A stretch of 64,000 bases of DNA from an uncultured Actinomycetota bacterium (GCA_963801715.1 CAWDGB010000009.1:106233-170232); one strand, 5' to 3'; numbered from the stretch's first letter, positions 18,922 through 29,660 are shown. Numbers and translations are program-made. Notes: generated by a model from the sequence alone, not told the origin.

Positions 18922-19206
18922 TCATGCGGCGTCGGGTGAAGCGCCCTTGCGATCAGTCGGGCGCGCCTCGGAGTTGCGCCGACGGCCGAATACGAAGTAG
19001 GCAAGTGGCGCGGCCCCGAACGAGTTCACGGCCACCACGCCAGCCGCCCATGCCCGTTTCGGACCGCGCACCTCGCTTGCTGGCCGACGCTTCAAATCGG
19101 CGAGTGCCGCCGCCTTCAAGGCACCCTCGACGGCCGCCGCGGCGATCAGAAGCCGGCGATCTCGATCGCTGAGATCGCTCCACCGCCGAATGACTCTGCC
19201 AGCCAT
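18922..19206 (-). CDS. PLDc_N-like small membrane protein
   Basis: 94 aa: ...RGPKRAWAAGVVAVNSFGAAPLAYFVFGRRR resembles the cardiolipin-synthase N-terminal (PLDc_N) motif. Confidence 0.5.
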   Translation of the reverse strand: MAGRVIRRWSDLSDRDRRLLIAAAAVEGALKAAALADLKRRPASEVRGPKRAWAAGVVAVNSFGAAPLAYFVFGRRRNSEARPTDRKGASPDAA

Positions 19207-19297
19207 CGCGCCTCCGGTCGCGTCGGGCAGCTCTGCTGGGCTGCTCTTGATGCGGACCCTACCGCCGCGCGCAGCGGGAAATAACGAGCGTGCCTTC

Positions 19298-20246
19298 TCA
19301 CAAGATCGCGATCGGGTTGACTGGAGACCCGGTCCCGCGGGACAGCTGCAAAGGCGCGATCACACATAGGAAAGACCAACGTCCCGCTTGCTCGCACATC
19401 GGCGCGAGGTCATCAAATTGCAAGTAGTCCAGCAAATGCAGCCCGAGTGCGTTGACCGCGAGTACATGCACCGGGAAGTCGACACCGTCAACCAGGCTCG
19501 GAGCAGTGTCGTTGTTGCCGTCGCTGCCCAGCACCGCCACCCGTCGTTCGACCATGAACTCCAATGCAGTGGGGTGGAATCCGGCCCGTGCATCGGCTAC
19601 CTTCCATGGGCCGAGTGCAGACCGGCGACGGCGATGCCCGACGCGCACGAACAGGAGGTCGCCCTCGCCAACCGCTACCTTCTGGGCCGCCTCGGCCCGG
19701 GTGAGGTCGTCGGCAGTTACGTGTTCGCCTGGCTCGAGCCAGGGCCGGCCGGACAGCCGGGGAACATCGAGCAGGACACCGCGGCCGACGATCCCGTTGC
19801 GGGCCACCTCGATTGACAGCTCCGACGCTCCGGAGGAGGTGATGCTGTCCGCGGGCACATTGTTGTACAGCAACGCCCGATAGATGACGTGGCACAAGGC
19901 GTCGATGTGACTATCCGCGTTGCCGTGGATATTCATGGCCAGGCGGTCCCTGGCAAAGGACAGTCCCGTGCGATCGGCCTGGTTCCCGGCCGGGCTGGTC
20001 ATCTGGTGGACGCACGGGTCAGGGTTGTCGAGGGTCACTTCGGTCTCGATGGCAGCACCAAGTGGCACCGTGCGCCCGAGCCGAACCTCGCTCGCGGCTG
20101 CCAAGACGCTGGGCGGGTGTGATGTGGTTCAGGGCCCCGCGCCGGTCGGCCGGGCCCCAGGCAACCGTGCGCTGCAACCGCTGGTAGAGAACGTCGAAGT
20201 CCGCCGCGCTCATGACCGGTGGCACTGCTCCGCCTGGTGTCGTCAT
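19298..20246 (-). pseudogene. cyclase family protein (kynurenine-formamidase-like), frame break near 20101-20110
   Basis: The N-terminus MTTPGG...RRGALNHITPAQR (ORF 20019..20246) joins LAAASEVRLGRTVPLG...HGNADSHIDALCH...GVLLD...LGSDGNND (ORF 19298..20104). Span is 949 nt (1 mod 3). Confidence 0.7.
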
Positions 20247-20431
20247 GGGTCGCTGGATACCCCCTTTGACCTAAGCAGCCGCCTGCGACTGTCGTCCGTC
20301 GAATGCCGGTTCGCGCTCGCGGCCAGTATTTCAGCACATCGGCTAGATGTGCGTCAGCGTTGGCGAACCATCCCAGAACCGTCAATTTCTGGGGAGGTCA
20401 CAGTCGCTCCGGGCAAAGCAACAATGAGCTG

Positions 20432-21403
20432 GTGATTCATCTACGAGTGGTCAGCCCGCCCGACGTGACCCCGACCCTGGTGCCCGCGCTACAAGCCGAG
20501 CCCACGGTCATGAATCTGACTGTGCTCGCCGGCGCGGCGAGTAATCCGGACGGTGACGCCCTGTTTTTCGATGTGCCACAGGGTGCCGCCAATCAAGTCA
20601 TAGGGCGTTTGCGCGATAGTGGAGTCGATGAGCGAGGTTCGATCATTCTGGAGAATGTCGACACGTCGATCTCGGCGCTCGCCGATCGGGTGTCTGCTCG
20701 CCGGGGCCGGTTCCAGCAGTACACGCCAGTCTGGGCGGAGATCGAATCGAGGATCGGGCTGGAGGGTACGTTCCCGCCCAGCTGGTTCACGCTGCTCGTC
20801 ATTGCCGGGCTCATCGGGGCGGTCGGCATTCTCACCAACTCGCAGATTCTCATCGTCGGCGCGATGGTGGTCGGGCCGGAGTATGGCGCCATTCTCAGCC
20901 TCTCGTTCGGGGTGACACGTAGGGATTTCTCTCGCGTAGCGCGCAGCGCGACAGCGCTGGGCATTGGGTTCGCTCTGGCTGTCGCCGGTGCCCTTCTGCT
21001 GGCACTAATTGTGCGTTGGGCCGGTCTCGAGTCCACGGCCTATGCGGCGGGAGTCCGGCCGGTTTCCAACCTGATCAACACGCCGAACTGGTTCTCGTTT
21101 ATCGTCGCCGCGCTCGCCGGCGTGGTTGGCGTTGTTTCGCTCACCGAAGCCCGGTCGAGCACGCTCATTGGCGTGTTCATTTCGGTCACCACGATCCCGG
21201 CGGCGTCGGACATCGGGGTATCCGCGGCATTCGGCAGTCGGAGCGAAGCGTGGGGGTCCACTCTGCAGCTTCTCCTCAATGTCGCCGTTCTCACCGCCGT
21301 TGCGATTCTGGGTCTCCCGGCCCAGCGAGCGTTATGGCGAAGGTTGGAGCGGCGAACTGCGGAGGCGCAGCCCAGGCCGCACCCTGCTCAGGGGTCTGCT
21401 TGA
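20432..21403 (+). CDS. DUF389 domain-containing membrane protein
   Basis: GTG 20432 gives VIHLRVVSPPD...NSQILIVGAMVVGPEYGAILSLSFG and multiple TM segments. Confidence 0.75.
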   Translation: MIHLRVVSPPDVTPTLVPALQAEPTVMNLTVLAGAASNPDGDALFFDVPQGAANQVIGRLRDSGVDERGSIILENVDTSISALADRVSARRGRFQQYTPVWAEIESRIGLEGTFPPSWFTLLVIAGLIGAVGILTNSQILIVGAMVVGPEYGAILSLSFGVTRRDFSRVARSATALGIGFALAVAGALLLALIVRWAGLESTAYAAGVRPVSNLINTPNWFSFIVAALAGVVGVVSLTEARSSTLIGVFISVTTIPAASDIGVSAAFGSRSEAWGSTLQLLLNVAVLTAVAILGLPAQRALWRRLERRTAEAQPRPHPAQGSA

Positions 21404-22689
21404 TCTTCGCCGGTTTCCGCATCGTCGATATCGAGCGACGGGGGTAGTTCCGGAACGGCTTCAGTCTGTTCGCTCGCCTCGGTTAGCCCCAGTAGCCGGG
21501 CAACCGGCGCAGCCGACAGACCGTAGACGGTAACGGTGCCGACGATTACCAGGAATGTCGCCGGTAGCAGCTTGTCAGCACCGGAGATCCCCGCGGTCGC
21601 CAGCGGAGGACCGAACGTGGCCGCGGTGGAAGCGGCGACGATGCCCCGAGGATCCATCCAGCCGATGAAGGCGCGCTCACGAATCGACAAGGCCGTGCGC
21701 AACGTTGCGGTGGCTGCGACCAGGGGACGGACCAGGAGCACCAGCCCGGCGATCAGTACCAGTGTGGGTCCCAGGACGGCGCGGACCGAGGTCGTGGTGA
21801 CGGTGGCAGAAATGGAGATGAACAGTAGTCCGATCACCATCTGGACGACCGTCTTGAAGAAACGTCGATCCTCGGGTAGGTCGATGCCGGGCAGGTTGGC
21901 CAGCGCCACCCCCATCACGATGGCAGCGATCAGTCCGGTGTCGTCGCGCCTGGCATCGCAGAAGGCGGCGGTACCGATGACCGTTGCCACAATGGCCTGG
22001 GTTGCCAGCACGCCGGTCAAATGGAGCTTGCTCAAGAGCAGCCACAACACCGCGGTCCCGATAATCCCGCCGAGGAGGCCGATCCCGATACTCCGCAGAA
22101 AGGAGAGCAGCTCCGCACCATGACCCAGCTGCACGTGCTGCACGAGGCCTTGGAACAACACGGCGCCGATGATGGCGCCGATCGGGTCGATCGTGACGCC
22201 CTCCCACCCGAGGATTCGGGAGAGGCGCCGCCCCGGCCGGGCCGCCTCCAATAACGGCGTCACCACGGTCGGGCCGGAGACGATGACAATGGCGCCCAAC
22301 ATGACCGCCGCCGAACGGGAAATATCCAGAAACAGCCAGGCGAGCACGGCCGCCCCAGCGAACGTGATGGGGATGCCGAGAAGGAGGAGGCGACGCACCA
22401 CCCGCTGGCTGTGACCCTCGAGCTCGCGAAAATCCAGGTCCAATCCGCCATCGAACAAGATGATGGCCACGCCCAGCCCAACGAGCGGTGAAAAGGCCGA
22501 TCCCAGCGTCTTTTCGGGATTCACCTCGGTGATGTAGTGCCCCGCGATGAACCCAACGGGAAGGAGTAAAACGATGGCGGGTAGCCGAAACTTCGCGGCT
22601 ACGATCTGACAGCCCACGGCGAGGATCACGGTGATCCCGAGGCCCAGGACAATGTCGCTCGCGCTCACCTGGCGACGCCTATCCTGCAA
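21388..22689 (-). CDS. cation:proton antiporter (Na+/H+ exchanger, CPA1 family)
   Basis: 433 aa: KFRLPAIVLLLPVGFIAG...ILFDGGLDLD...GAIVIVSGPTVV...WEGVTIDPIGAI. It converges on and overlaps DUF389 by 16 nt. Confidence 0.85.
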   Translation of the reverse strand: MQDRRRQVSASDIVLGLGITVILAVGCQIVAAKFRLPAIVLLLPVGFIAGHYITEVNPEKTLGSAFSPLVGLGVAIILFDGGLDLDFRELEGHSQRVVRRLLLLGIPITFAGAAVLAWLFLDISRSAAVMLGAIVIVSGPTVVTPLLEAARPGRRLSRILGWEGVTIDPIGAIIGAVLFQGLVQHVQLGHGAELLSFLRSIGIGLLGGIIGTAVLWLLLSKLHLTGVLATQAIVATVIGTAAFCDARRDDTGLIAAIVMGVALANLPGIDLPEDRRFFKTVVQMVIGLLFISISATVTTTSVRAVLGPTLVLIAGLVLLVRPLVAATATLRTALSIRERAFIGWMDPRGIVAASTAATFGPPLATAGISGADKLLPATFLVIVGTVTVYGLSAAPVARLLGLTEASEQTEAVPELPPSLDIDDAETGEDQADP

Positions 22690-22772
22690 TCGTCAGCGCG
22701 ACCAAACCGGCGAACGCCGCTCCGAGCCGATCTCGGCATGGCTCATGGTCTCAGATGCCGTTCGGCCGGTAG

Positions 22773-23277
22773 ACGCGGTGCGCCGAGGCGGCCTGGTGGG
22801 GCTTCGGCGAAATCGAAGTGCCACAAGTCCGGCTCATCGGAGGCCAGCCGGTGCTGGTCTTCACCTGCCACCCCCGAGGAGCAGACGGAGCGGCGCAAAC
22901 AGACTTACGGAAGGTTCTCCACCTGGTCCGTCACGGGTGAATCGATCATGGGGCCCTGGGACATCGCCCGAGCACAGCCATTCATCCACCAGGCCGCGCT
23001 ATTCGCCGCGCCGCTCGTTCAGCAGCGCGATGGTGAGTGGGCACTGATCGGCTTCCGCAACCTGGAGCCGGAAGGGATCTTCGCTTTCGAAATCCTCGAT
23101 CCAATATCCGTCTGCCTGCAGGATGGTTCCCTCGTCGCGGCGTTATTCACCGATGGCGCGTACATCCCGCTACAGCAGGCGCTTAGTAATCAATACCAGG
23201 CTGTGGGCTTGCGAGCGGTCGCGGAGAGGGCAACGATCACCCCTGAAGGTCCAACTGTCGAGGAGGATGCCACGTGA
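22773..23277 (+). pseudogene. C-terminal fragment of a beta-propeller glycoside-hydrolase-like protein (family uncertain), frame break at C5 run 22871-22875
   Basis: WWGFGEIEVPQVRLIGGQPVLVFTCHP then, one frame off, EEQTERRKQTYGRFSTWSVTGESIMGPWDIARAQPF...DGEWALIGFRNLEPEGIFAFEILDP. No N-terminal two-thirds is present. The stop overlaps the dodecin start (GTGA). Confidence 0.3.
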
Positions 23278-23483
23278 GCGTCTATCGCGTCACCGAACTT
23301 GTCGGCACGAGCACCCAATCCTGGGAGGACGCTGCCACGACTGCAGTCAAGACAGCGCAGCAGACGCTGCGAGACCTGCGCGTGGCCGAGGTAGTCGAAC
23401 AAGACCTCACCGTAGACGGTGACGGCGGAATCCTTTTCCGGACCAAGGTGCGCTTGTCATTCAAGTACGAGGGCAGTCAGTAG
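23274..23483 (+). CDS. dodecin family (flavin-binding) protein
   Basis: MSVYRVTELVGTSTQSWEDAATTAVKTAQQTLRDLRVAEVVEQDL...KVRLSFKYE matches the dodecin/DUF1458 pattern. Confidence 0.8.
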   Translation: MSVYRVTELVGTSTQSWEDAATTAVKTAQQTLRDLRVAEVVEQDLTVDGDGGILFRTKVRLSFKYEGSQ

Positions 23484-23522
23484 CCACCAGGTAGTACCGG
23501 CCGAGCGGCGCAGCGTCGGGGC

Positions 23523-24645
23523 TCACGCGTCGAGCTGCGCCGCAAACCGGCTGGCCACGGTCAGGTACTCCTCGATCATGTCGGCGACGACTTGCCGGGC
23601 TGGCCGCACCCGGTCGAGCAACCCGACACCCTGGCCGACGAAGTAGGTCGCGAGCTGCTTGGACCCGCTGCCCTCCCGGGACGCTCCGCGGTTGATCCGC
23701 TGTTGTGCCGTGGCGATCAACATGGTCTGCAGCGGCATTGGTAGTGGTTCGGGAGCCGTTGGAGCTTCCCACTCGTCGGTCCACGCGCTGCGCAACATCC
23801 GGGCTGGTTTGCCAGTAAGCGATCGCGAGCGCACGGTGTCGCTAGCGGAGGCGGCCAGCATCTTCTTCTGCACTGCCGGATCGGTCTCTGCCTCGAGCGT
23901 GGCCAACCACACCGATCCGCACCAAACGCCGTCGGCGCCGAGTGCGATAGCCGCCGCCATCTGACGACCGGTTACGATTCCGCCCGCGGCGAGTACCGGC
24001 GTCGGCGCGACCTCACGGACGACCTCGGGTACCAGAACCATGGTCGAGATCGTTCCGGTATGACCGCCAGCTTCCGTGCCCTGCGCGACGATCAGATCGA
24101 CGCCGGCCGCCTTCTGTCGTCGTGCGTGCTCGGTGGTACCGACCAGCGCCGCCACAACGACGTCATGGGCATGTGCCCGCTCGATCAATTCTGGCGGCGG
24201 CGGCCCCAGGGCGCTCGCCACGAGCCGGATCGGATGCTCGAATGCGACGTCGAGCAGGCTGGCCGCCGACTCAGGTGACACGCTGATCGACGACGCTCTG
24301 AGCGGGAACGTGCGCCGGCAGCTCGGGAACCTGGTAGCGCTCCAGAAGCCGGGCGACGAAGGTCTGATGTTCGGCCGGAAACGACGCAGCGGACGCGGCC
24401 CCGCCATCGTCCGCGAGCGGCCGCGCAAATGTCATCGGTAGCAGCAGGTCGACACCGTATGGCCTGCCCTTCGTCTCGTTGTCGATCCAGGTGAGGTCGA
24501 TCTCCAACGCAGCTGGGCTGAGCGTCGTCGCACCTAGTACGCCGATACCGCCGGAGTTGGTCACGGCGGCAACCACGTCGCGGCAATGGCTGAACGCGAA
24601 GATGGGTACGTTCATGTCCAGGCGGTCGCAGATGTCGGTCAACAT
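23523..24645 (-). pseudogene. nitronate monooxygenase (NMO, 2-nitropropane dioxygenase-like), frame break near 24270-24300
   Basis: The N-terminus MLTDICDRLDMNVPIFAFSHCRDVVAAVTNSGGIGVLG (ORF 24271..24645) joins ...IVAQGTEAGGHTGTISTMVLVPEVV...PVLAAGGIVTGRQMAAAIALGADGVWCGSVWL (ORF 23523..24428). Span is 1123 nt (1 mod 3). AAGGAG precedes the ATG. Confidence 0.8.
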
Positions 24646-24834
24646 GTCACTCCTTAGCTGAGTTCGAGGCTACTGCGTTCGGCAGGCACGTCCGCCTTGC
24701 CGCAGATCCGGCGGCCTGACCCTCTACTCTGCGGAGTAGCGGCGGCCAGCGCAGCGCGGGTGGACCGGCCGACGATCGAAATCAGGACCCAGGACGGCTA
24801 TCGAGCGCCGTCCGTGACGGCGAAAGGATCACCT

Positions 24835-25620
24835 GTGAGCAAGGCGTTTGTGGAGCTAACCGGAGACATCGCAGAGGTGATCATCAGCGCGCCGCCCCTC
24901 AACTTGTTCGATCTGACCACCACCGCCGACGTCGAGGTCGCGCTCGCGGAGACCGGCGCGCTCGTGCGCGACGGGCGGGCGCGGGCGGTCATCCTCCGGG
25001 CTGAGGGCGACGTCTTCTGTGCTGGCGTCGATGTCCATGAATTCCAGGGCCTGAGCTCCTCGGAGGGCGCTGCGTTCATGGCCCGGTTGCTCACTCTTAC
25101 CCAGTCCATGGAGGCGCTGCCAGTGCCAACGATGGCCGTGGTTCATGGGCTCAACCTCACCATCGGCTTCGAGCTCACCCTGGGCTGCGACCTGCTGTGG
25201 GCGGCTGACGAGGCCTCGTTCGGCTTGGTCGAAGCGACGGTCGGACTGACGCCTGGTGCTGGCGGCACGCAGCGGCTCGCGGCGAGGGCGGGTGTCGCCC
25301 GAGCCGCTGAATTCGTCATGACCGGCGATGTCTATCCCGCCCGAGAGCTGCAGGAGTGGGGGGTGGTCAATCGCCTCCGACCGGCCGCAGATCTGCTGCC
25401 CGAGGCTCGGGCGTTCACCAGCCGGCTGGCGGCTGGGCCCACCGTCGCGCTTGCGGTAGCCAAGCGGCTCCTGCAGGCCACCCGGGATCACGGTGTGGCG
25501 GCTGCCGATGCGCTAACCCCGCGGGAAACCGGGCCGATCTTCGCCACTCGCGATGCCGCGGCCGGATTCGCCTCGCTGCTGGAGAAGGGACCCGGGCAGG
25601 CGACATTCGAAGGACGCTAA
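24835..25620 (+). CDS. enoyl-CoA hydratase/isomerase family protein
   Basis: GTG 24835 gives ...AVILRAEGDVFCAGVDVHEF...AVVHGLNLTIGFELTLGCDLLWA...FGLVEATVGLTPGAGGTQRL. Confidence 0.85.
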   Translation: MSKAFVELTGDIAEVIISAPPLNLFDLTTTADVEVALAETGALVRDGRARAVILRAEGDVFCAGVDVHEFQGLSSSEGAAFMARLLTLTQSMEALPVPTMAVVHGLNLTIGFELTLGCDLLWAADEASFGLVEATVGLTPGAGGTQRLAARAGVARAAEFVMTGDVYPARELQEWGVVNRLRPAADLLPEARAFTSRLAAGPTVALAVAKRLLQATRDHGVAAADALTPRETGPIFATRDAAAGFASLLEKGPGQATFEGR

Positions 25621-25632
25621 GCGTGACACGCC

Positions 25633-26679
25633 CTAGCGTCGCGTGTCTCGGTTGTCGATCACCGAGGACGTCGCGGAATGCACGTCGGCCGCGATCCGCG
25701 CGCCGATCTCGGGATCGGACTCATATGGCAGGTAGAGCGACATGCGCGTCATCACGTCGCCGAACCGACGCAACAGTGTCCCGGCCACTCGATCCGGCTC
25801 GTCGACGACCGCAAATGCGTTGAGCACGTCGTCATCGATCAGGCCGCCCATCTCGTTCCATCGACCTTGCACAGAAAGCTGATGCAAGGTGTCGCTCAGC
25901 TCCCCCCAACCGTGCAGATCGAGTACCTGCCGATATGCAGGAGTCGAACCATAGAAGGCGATCTGCTCGCGGACGCCACGGATCGCGGCGTCCATGGCTT
26001 CGGGGGTTGTTGCGGTCGCGACGAGCGGTTGGCCCGATACCTCATACCCGGCGAGGTCGGCTCCGGCCCGGGAGCGCCCTAACGCCAATGCGGGCAGCGT
26101 CACCTCGCGCAAGTATCGCTCGGTAGTGAACCCGTGGCACACGAATCCGTCGGCTACCTCCCCAGCGACCGCGGTCATGACCTCGCCGACCCCGGCCAGC
26201 AACACCTCCGGTGGTCCGTAGGGATTGGGGCCCGGGTTGAAGAATGGCGTCATCAACGTGTGGGTGTAGAAGTCGCCACGAAAATCGAGCTTGCTCCCGG
26301 TGTTCCAGCAATCCCAGATCGCCCGCATAGCCAGGATGAACTCGCGCATCCTGGGTGCCGGGTGCGACCAGGGCATGCTGAACCGCCGGGTGATGTGCGG
26401 CTTGATCTGTGATCCCAGCCCCAGCAGAAGCCGTCCGTTCGACAGCAGCTGCACGTCGTTGGCCTGCATTGCGGTCGACATCGGGTTGCGAGCAAACGCG
26501 ATGACAAGGCTGGTGCCGAGTTCGATGCGATTGCTCGCGACTGCGGCGAGAGCGACTGCGACGAATGGGTCGTGCTTGGTCTCACTCGTCCAGATGCCGC
26601 GGTAGCCCGCGGCCTCCGCGTTTGCCGCCTCGGTTCGGCTATCCGGCACAGTCGCAGAGAACAACGCATCGATCTTCAA
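25633..26679 (-). CDS. LLM-class (luciferase-like) F420-dependent oxidoreductase
   Basis: TTG start 26679 follows GAGGAG. The protein reads MKIDALF...AGYRGIWTSETKHDPF...LGTSLVIAFARNPM...LGLGSQIKPHITRRF. Confidence 0.8.
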   Translation of the reverse strand: MKIDALFSATVPDSRTEAANAEAAGYRGIWTSETKHDPFVAVALAAVASNRIELGTSLVIAFARNPMSTAMQANDVQLLSNGRLLLGLGSQIKPHITRRFSMPWSHPAPRMREFILAMRAIWDCWNTGSKLDFRGDFYTHTLMTPFFNPGPNPYGPPEVLLAGVGEVMTAVAGEVADGFVCHGFTTERYLREVTLPALALGRSRAGADLAGYEVSGQPLVATATTPEAMDAAIRGVREQIAFYGSTPAYRQVLDLHGWGELSDTLHQLSVQGRWNEMGGLIDDDVLNAFAVVDEPDRVAGTLLRRFGDVMTRMSLYLPYESDPEIGARIAADVHSATSSVIDNRDTRR

Positions 26680-26692
26680 CCCCGATCTCCTC

Positions 26693-27475
26693 TCAGAAGC
26701 CGGGCAAGCTCGCGCCGCCGCCGTTTACGGCGATCCGTTGTCCGTTCACATACGACGCATCTGCCGACACCAAGAACGCGACGACATCGGCAACGTCCTC
26801 TGGACGACATACTCGTCCGTAGGGGGAACGCTCGTCGAGTTCCGTCGATCGGGTCAGCCCGGGGCGCACGGCCCGCACAATGCGGTCGCCCATCTCGGTG
26901 GCGACAAGACCGGGCGCGACCACATTGGTATGGATTCCGTTGGGCATCTCCTCCACCGCCAGTGTCGCCGCCATCGCCTCGAGTGCCAGCTTTGCCATCA
27001 TGTACGGTCCGGCACCGGGAGAGGCGCGCTCGGCTAGCACACTGGAAATCACCACGATGTCGCCGCGAGGTTGCGCGCGCAGCTGAGGCAGCAGCCGTCG
27101 AACCAGCTCGTGGGGGCCGAGCACGTGAGTGCGCATGAGCCGGTCCATTTCGGCGAGGTCCGTGTTCGCCAGCGAATGACCGCGACTCGCAATACCTGCG
27201 TTGCTGACCAGGATGTCCACAAACCCGAACTCAGCGAGAACCGAGTCCACCAACGTCTCGACCGCTGCCGGATCATCGATCGACGCTTGGAATGCGGACG
27301 CCCGGCCGCCGGCGGCGACGATCTCTTCGACGGTCATGATCGCGGCTGCGGCGTCACGCCGATAGTTCACGGCTACCGCGGCACCTGCGCCAGCAAGACG
27401 TATCGAGATCGCTCTGCCGATGCCGCGCCCGCCGCCGGTGACGAGCGCGGTGCGACCTGCCAACTCCGTCATCAT
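26693..27475 (-). CDS. SDR family oxidoreductase (FabG-like)
   Basis: ALVTGGGRGIGRAI, NAGI, and the YMMAKLALE catalytic Y-x3-K motif. Confidence 0.85.
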   Translation of the reverse strand: MMTELAGRTALVTGGGRGIGRAISIRLAGAGAAVAVNYRRDAAAAIMTVEEIVAAGGRASAFQASIDDPAAVETLVDSVLAEFGFVDILVSNAGIASRGHSLANTDLAEMDRLMRTHVLGPHELVRRLLPQLRAQPRGDIVVISSVLAERASPGAGPYMMAKLALEAMAATLAVEEMPNGIHTNVVAPGLVATEMGDRIVRAVRPGLTRSTELDERSPYGRVCRPEDVADVVAFLVSADASYVNGQRIAVNGGGASLPGF

Positions 27476-27517
27476 CGATCTCCTCCGACACGAAGTAGGT
27501 GGACGGTCAGCTCGACA

Positions 27518-28177
27518 CTAGCGATAAGTGATCAGTACCCGATCTTGCTCGAGATGGGCATGGTCGTTGAACGTCAACAGGCGCGTGCCGGTGGGCCCAC
27601 TGATCACCCTGGTCAGGCTTGCGTTCACCATTACGCGTGCCAGCGCAGGCCATTTGTCGGCTCGAAGTCCGAGCAGATGCGCGCATACCGCGGCGATGAC
27701 ACCGCCCGATGTCACCGCCAACGTCGTACCTGATCTTCCGGTCAACTCGTCAACCACGGCCAGGACGCGATCAATGAAGCCGTCGTGCGTTTCCGGGTAA
27801 CCGCTGTCGGCAGTCATCCAACGCGCGATCGCCTCGTCCAGTGCGGATTGGACGGTTCGGGCCCGCTCGGGTGTCGTCGCTGTCGCGAAGCTGATACCCG
27901 TCGTGTGCCGGGCCATGACACCGACGTGGTCGTATTCGTCGAGACGATCATCGATCTGCAGGTTGGATTCGCTGAGACCGATGTCTCTCATCACGATCAG
28001 TGCTGTGTCGCGCTGGCGCATCATCGCGCCACTCACAGTGCGATCGATGATCAGATCGGCGCGGGAAAGCCGGCCGCCGGTCAGCTGCGCTTGCCGGTGC
28101 CCGATGTCGGAGAGGCGGTCATAGTTCGTGGTACCAAGTGATGCCTGACCGTGCCGCATCAGGAGAAGCACACTCAT
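27518..28177 (-). CDS. histidine phosphatase (phosphoglycerate mutase) family protein
   Basis: MSVLLLMRHGQAS (RHG motif)...LSDIGHRQA...VTSGGVIAA. Confidence 0.8.
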   Translation of the reverse strand: MSVLLLMRHGQASLGTTNYDRLSDIGHRQAQLTGGRLSRADLIIDRTVSGAMMRQRDTALIVMRDIGLSESNLQIDDRLDEYDHVGVMARHTTGISFATATTPERARTVQSALDEAIARWMTADSGYPETHDGFIDRVLAVVDELTGRSGTTLAVTSGGVIAAVCAHLLGLRADKWPALARVMVNASLTRVISGPTGTRLLTFNDHAHLEQDRVLITYR

Positions 28178-28327
28178 ATCGGTGCAACGGTACGCGACCG
28201 GCGCACGCCGCCACGGACGATATGTGCCATGGCGCCGAGCGAGTCAGCCAACCTAAGGTGGCTTGCGACACTAGACAAGCCGAACGCCGGACACCTGGTG
28301 GACCGCTGACGCGCGACGAGAAATGCG

Positions 28328-29485
28328 ATGAGGGCAAATTCCGACTACGAGCCGACCCGACGGGGACCGTTGGTGGGCATCCGGGTCCTCGAGTTGGCCG
28401 GTATTGGTCCCGGCCCGTTCTGCGCGATGATGCTCGCGGATCTGGGGGCCGAGGTGTTGCGCATCGATAGACCGGACGTCTCAGCACCCAGTCCCCGGCA
28501 AGCGTTGCTCAATAGGGGTCGGCGATCCGTCATGCTGGACCTCAAACACGCTCTCGCAGTTGACACAGTGCTACGACTGATCGACTCGACCGATGTGCTT
28601 CTCGAGGGCATGCGACCACGGGTCATGGAACGTCTCGGGGTAGGCCCGGACGTCTGCCTCGGCCGCAACCCGCGGCTCATCTATGCGCGCATGACCGGAT
28701 GGGGCCAATACGGTCCGTCGGCCGCAACCGCCGGTCATGACATCGGCTACATCGCCCGCACCGGAGCGTTGCACGCGCTTGGCCGAGCCGGTGGCCCACC
28801 GCAGTTCCCGGCAAATCTGCTCGGCGACTTCGGCGGCGGCGGCATGCTCGTCGCGTTCGGTATCTGCGCGGCGCTCGTCGAACGAATGACATCGGGCGTC
28901 GGTCAAGTGATTGATGCGGCGATCGTCGACGGTGTTGCGTCCTTGCTGGCGATGCCCTGGATGATGGTGGCCCAGGGTCAGTGGCGGGACGAACGTGGTG
29001 TAAATCTGCTGGACGGCGGGGCGCCGTGGTACGACGTCTACGAGGCCGCGGACGGCGGATGGTTGGCCGTTGGGGCTCTCGAAGCGCCGTTCTACGCCGC
29101 CCTGCTGGCAGGTCTGGAGCTCACGGACGTTCCGGACCGCGACGACCCGGCGAATTGGCCGCAACTGCGGACGATGTTCGCAGCCCGATTCAAGCAGCGC
29201 ACGAGGGAGCAGTGGGCGCACGTATTCGCTGGCAGCGACGCATGTGTCGAGCCGGTGCTCTCACTACACGAGGCGGCCAGGGATACGCATCTCGTGGCCC
29301 GTCGAACCTATGTCGAGCGAGCGGGCGCGTGGCAACCTGCGCCAGCGCCTCGATTTTCCCGCACACCGGGTGTGTTGTCCGATCCGCCTCCGCTGCCGGG
29401 CCAGCACACCGCAGAAGCGCTCACCGCCTGGGGAATCGACGACGTCCAGGACCTGATAGCCAAGAAGGCCGCGATCCAAACGTGA
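28328..29485 (+). CDS. CaiB/BaiF family CoA-transferase (alpha-methylacyl-CoA racemase-like)
   Basis: GPLVGIRVLELAGIGPGPFCAMMLADLGAEVLRIDRP...MTGWGQYGP...GHDIGYIA. Confidence 0.85.
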   Translation: MRANSDYEPTRRGPLVGIRVLELAGIGPGPFCAMMLADLGAEVLRIDRPDVSAPSPRQALLNRGRRSVMLDLKHALAVDTVLRLIDSTDVLLEGMRPRVMERLGVGPDVCLGRNPRLIYARMTGWGQYGPSAATAGHDIGYIARTGALHALGRAGGPPQFPANLLGDFGGGGMLVAFGICAALVERMTSGVGQVIDAAIVDGVASLLAMPWMMVAQGQWRDERGVNLLDGGAPWYDVYEAADGGWLAVGALEAPFYAALLAGLELTDVPDRDDPANWPQLRTMFAARFKQRTREQWAHVFAGSDACVEPVLSLHEAARDTHLVARRTYVERAGAWQPAPAPRFSRTPGVLSDPPPLPGQHTAEALTAWGIDDVQDLIAKKAAIQT

Positions 29486-29561
29486 ACGCTGCGCAGGGGC
29501 GCATGCCACGGAACAGTTGAGCGACAGGACGCGGCAGCCGTGCAGGCATGCAAATTCGGAT

Positions 29562-29638
29562 CGTGACAAGGGTCACGTCACATCGTCGAGGATCTCGAGT
29601 CATGTTTGCTACGCTTGCAATTGCAAGCAGCCAGCAAA
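29562..29638 (+). promoter_or_regulatory. two palindromes upstream of the HbhA-like gene (operator or 5'-UTR hairpin candidates)
   Basis: CGTGAC-aagg-GTCACG (29562-29577) and the perfect 16-bp palindrome GCTTGCAATTGCAAGC (29613-29628), flanked by TTTGCT/AGCAAA (29605-29638). They end 23 nt before ATG 29661. Confidence 0.4.
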
Positions 29639-29660
29639 CACACACCTTGGGAGATCATAA

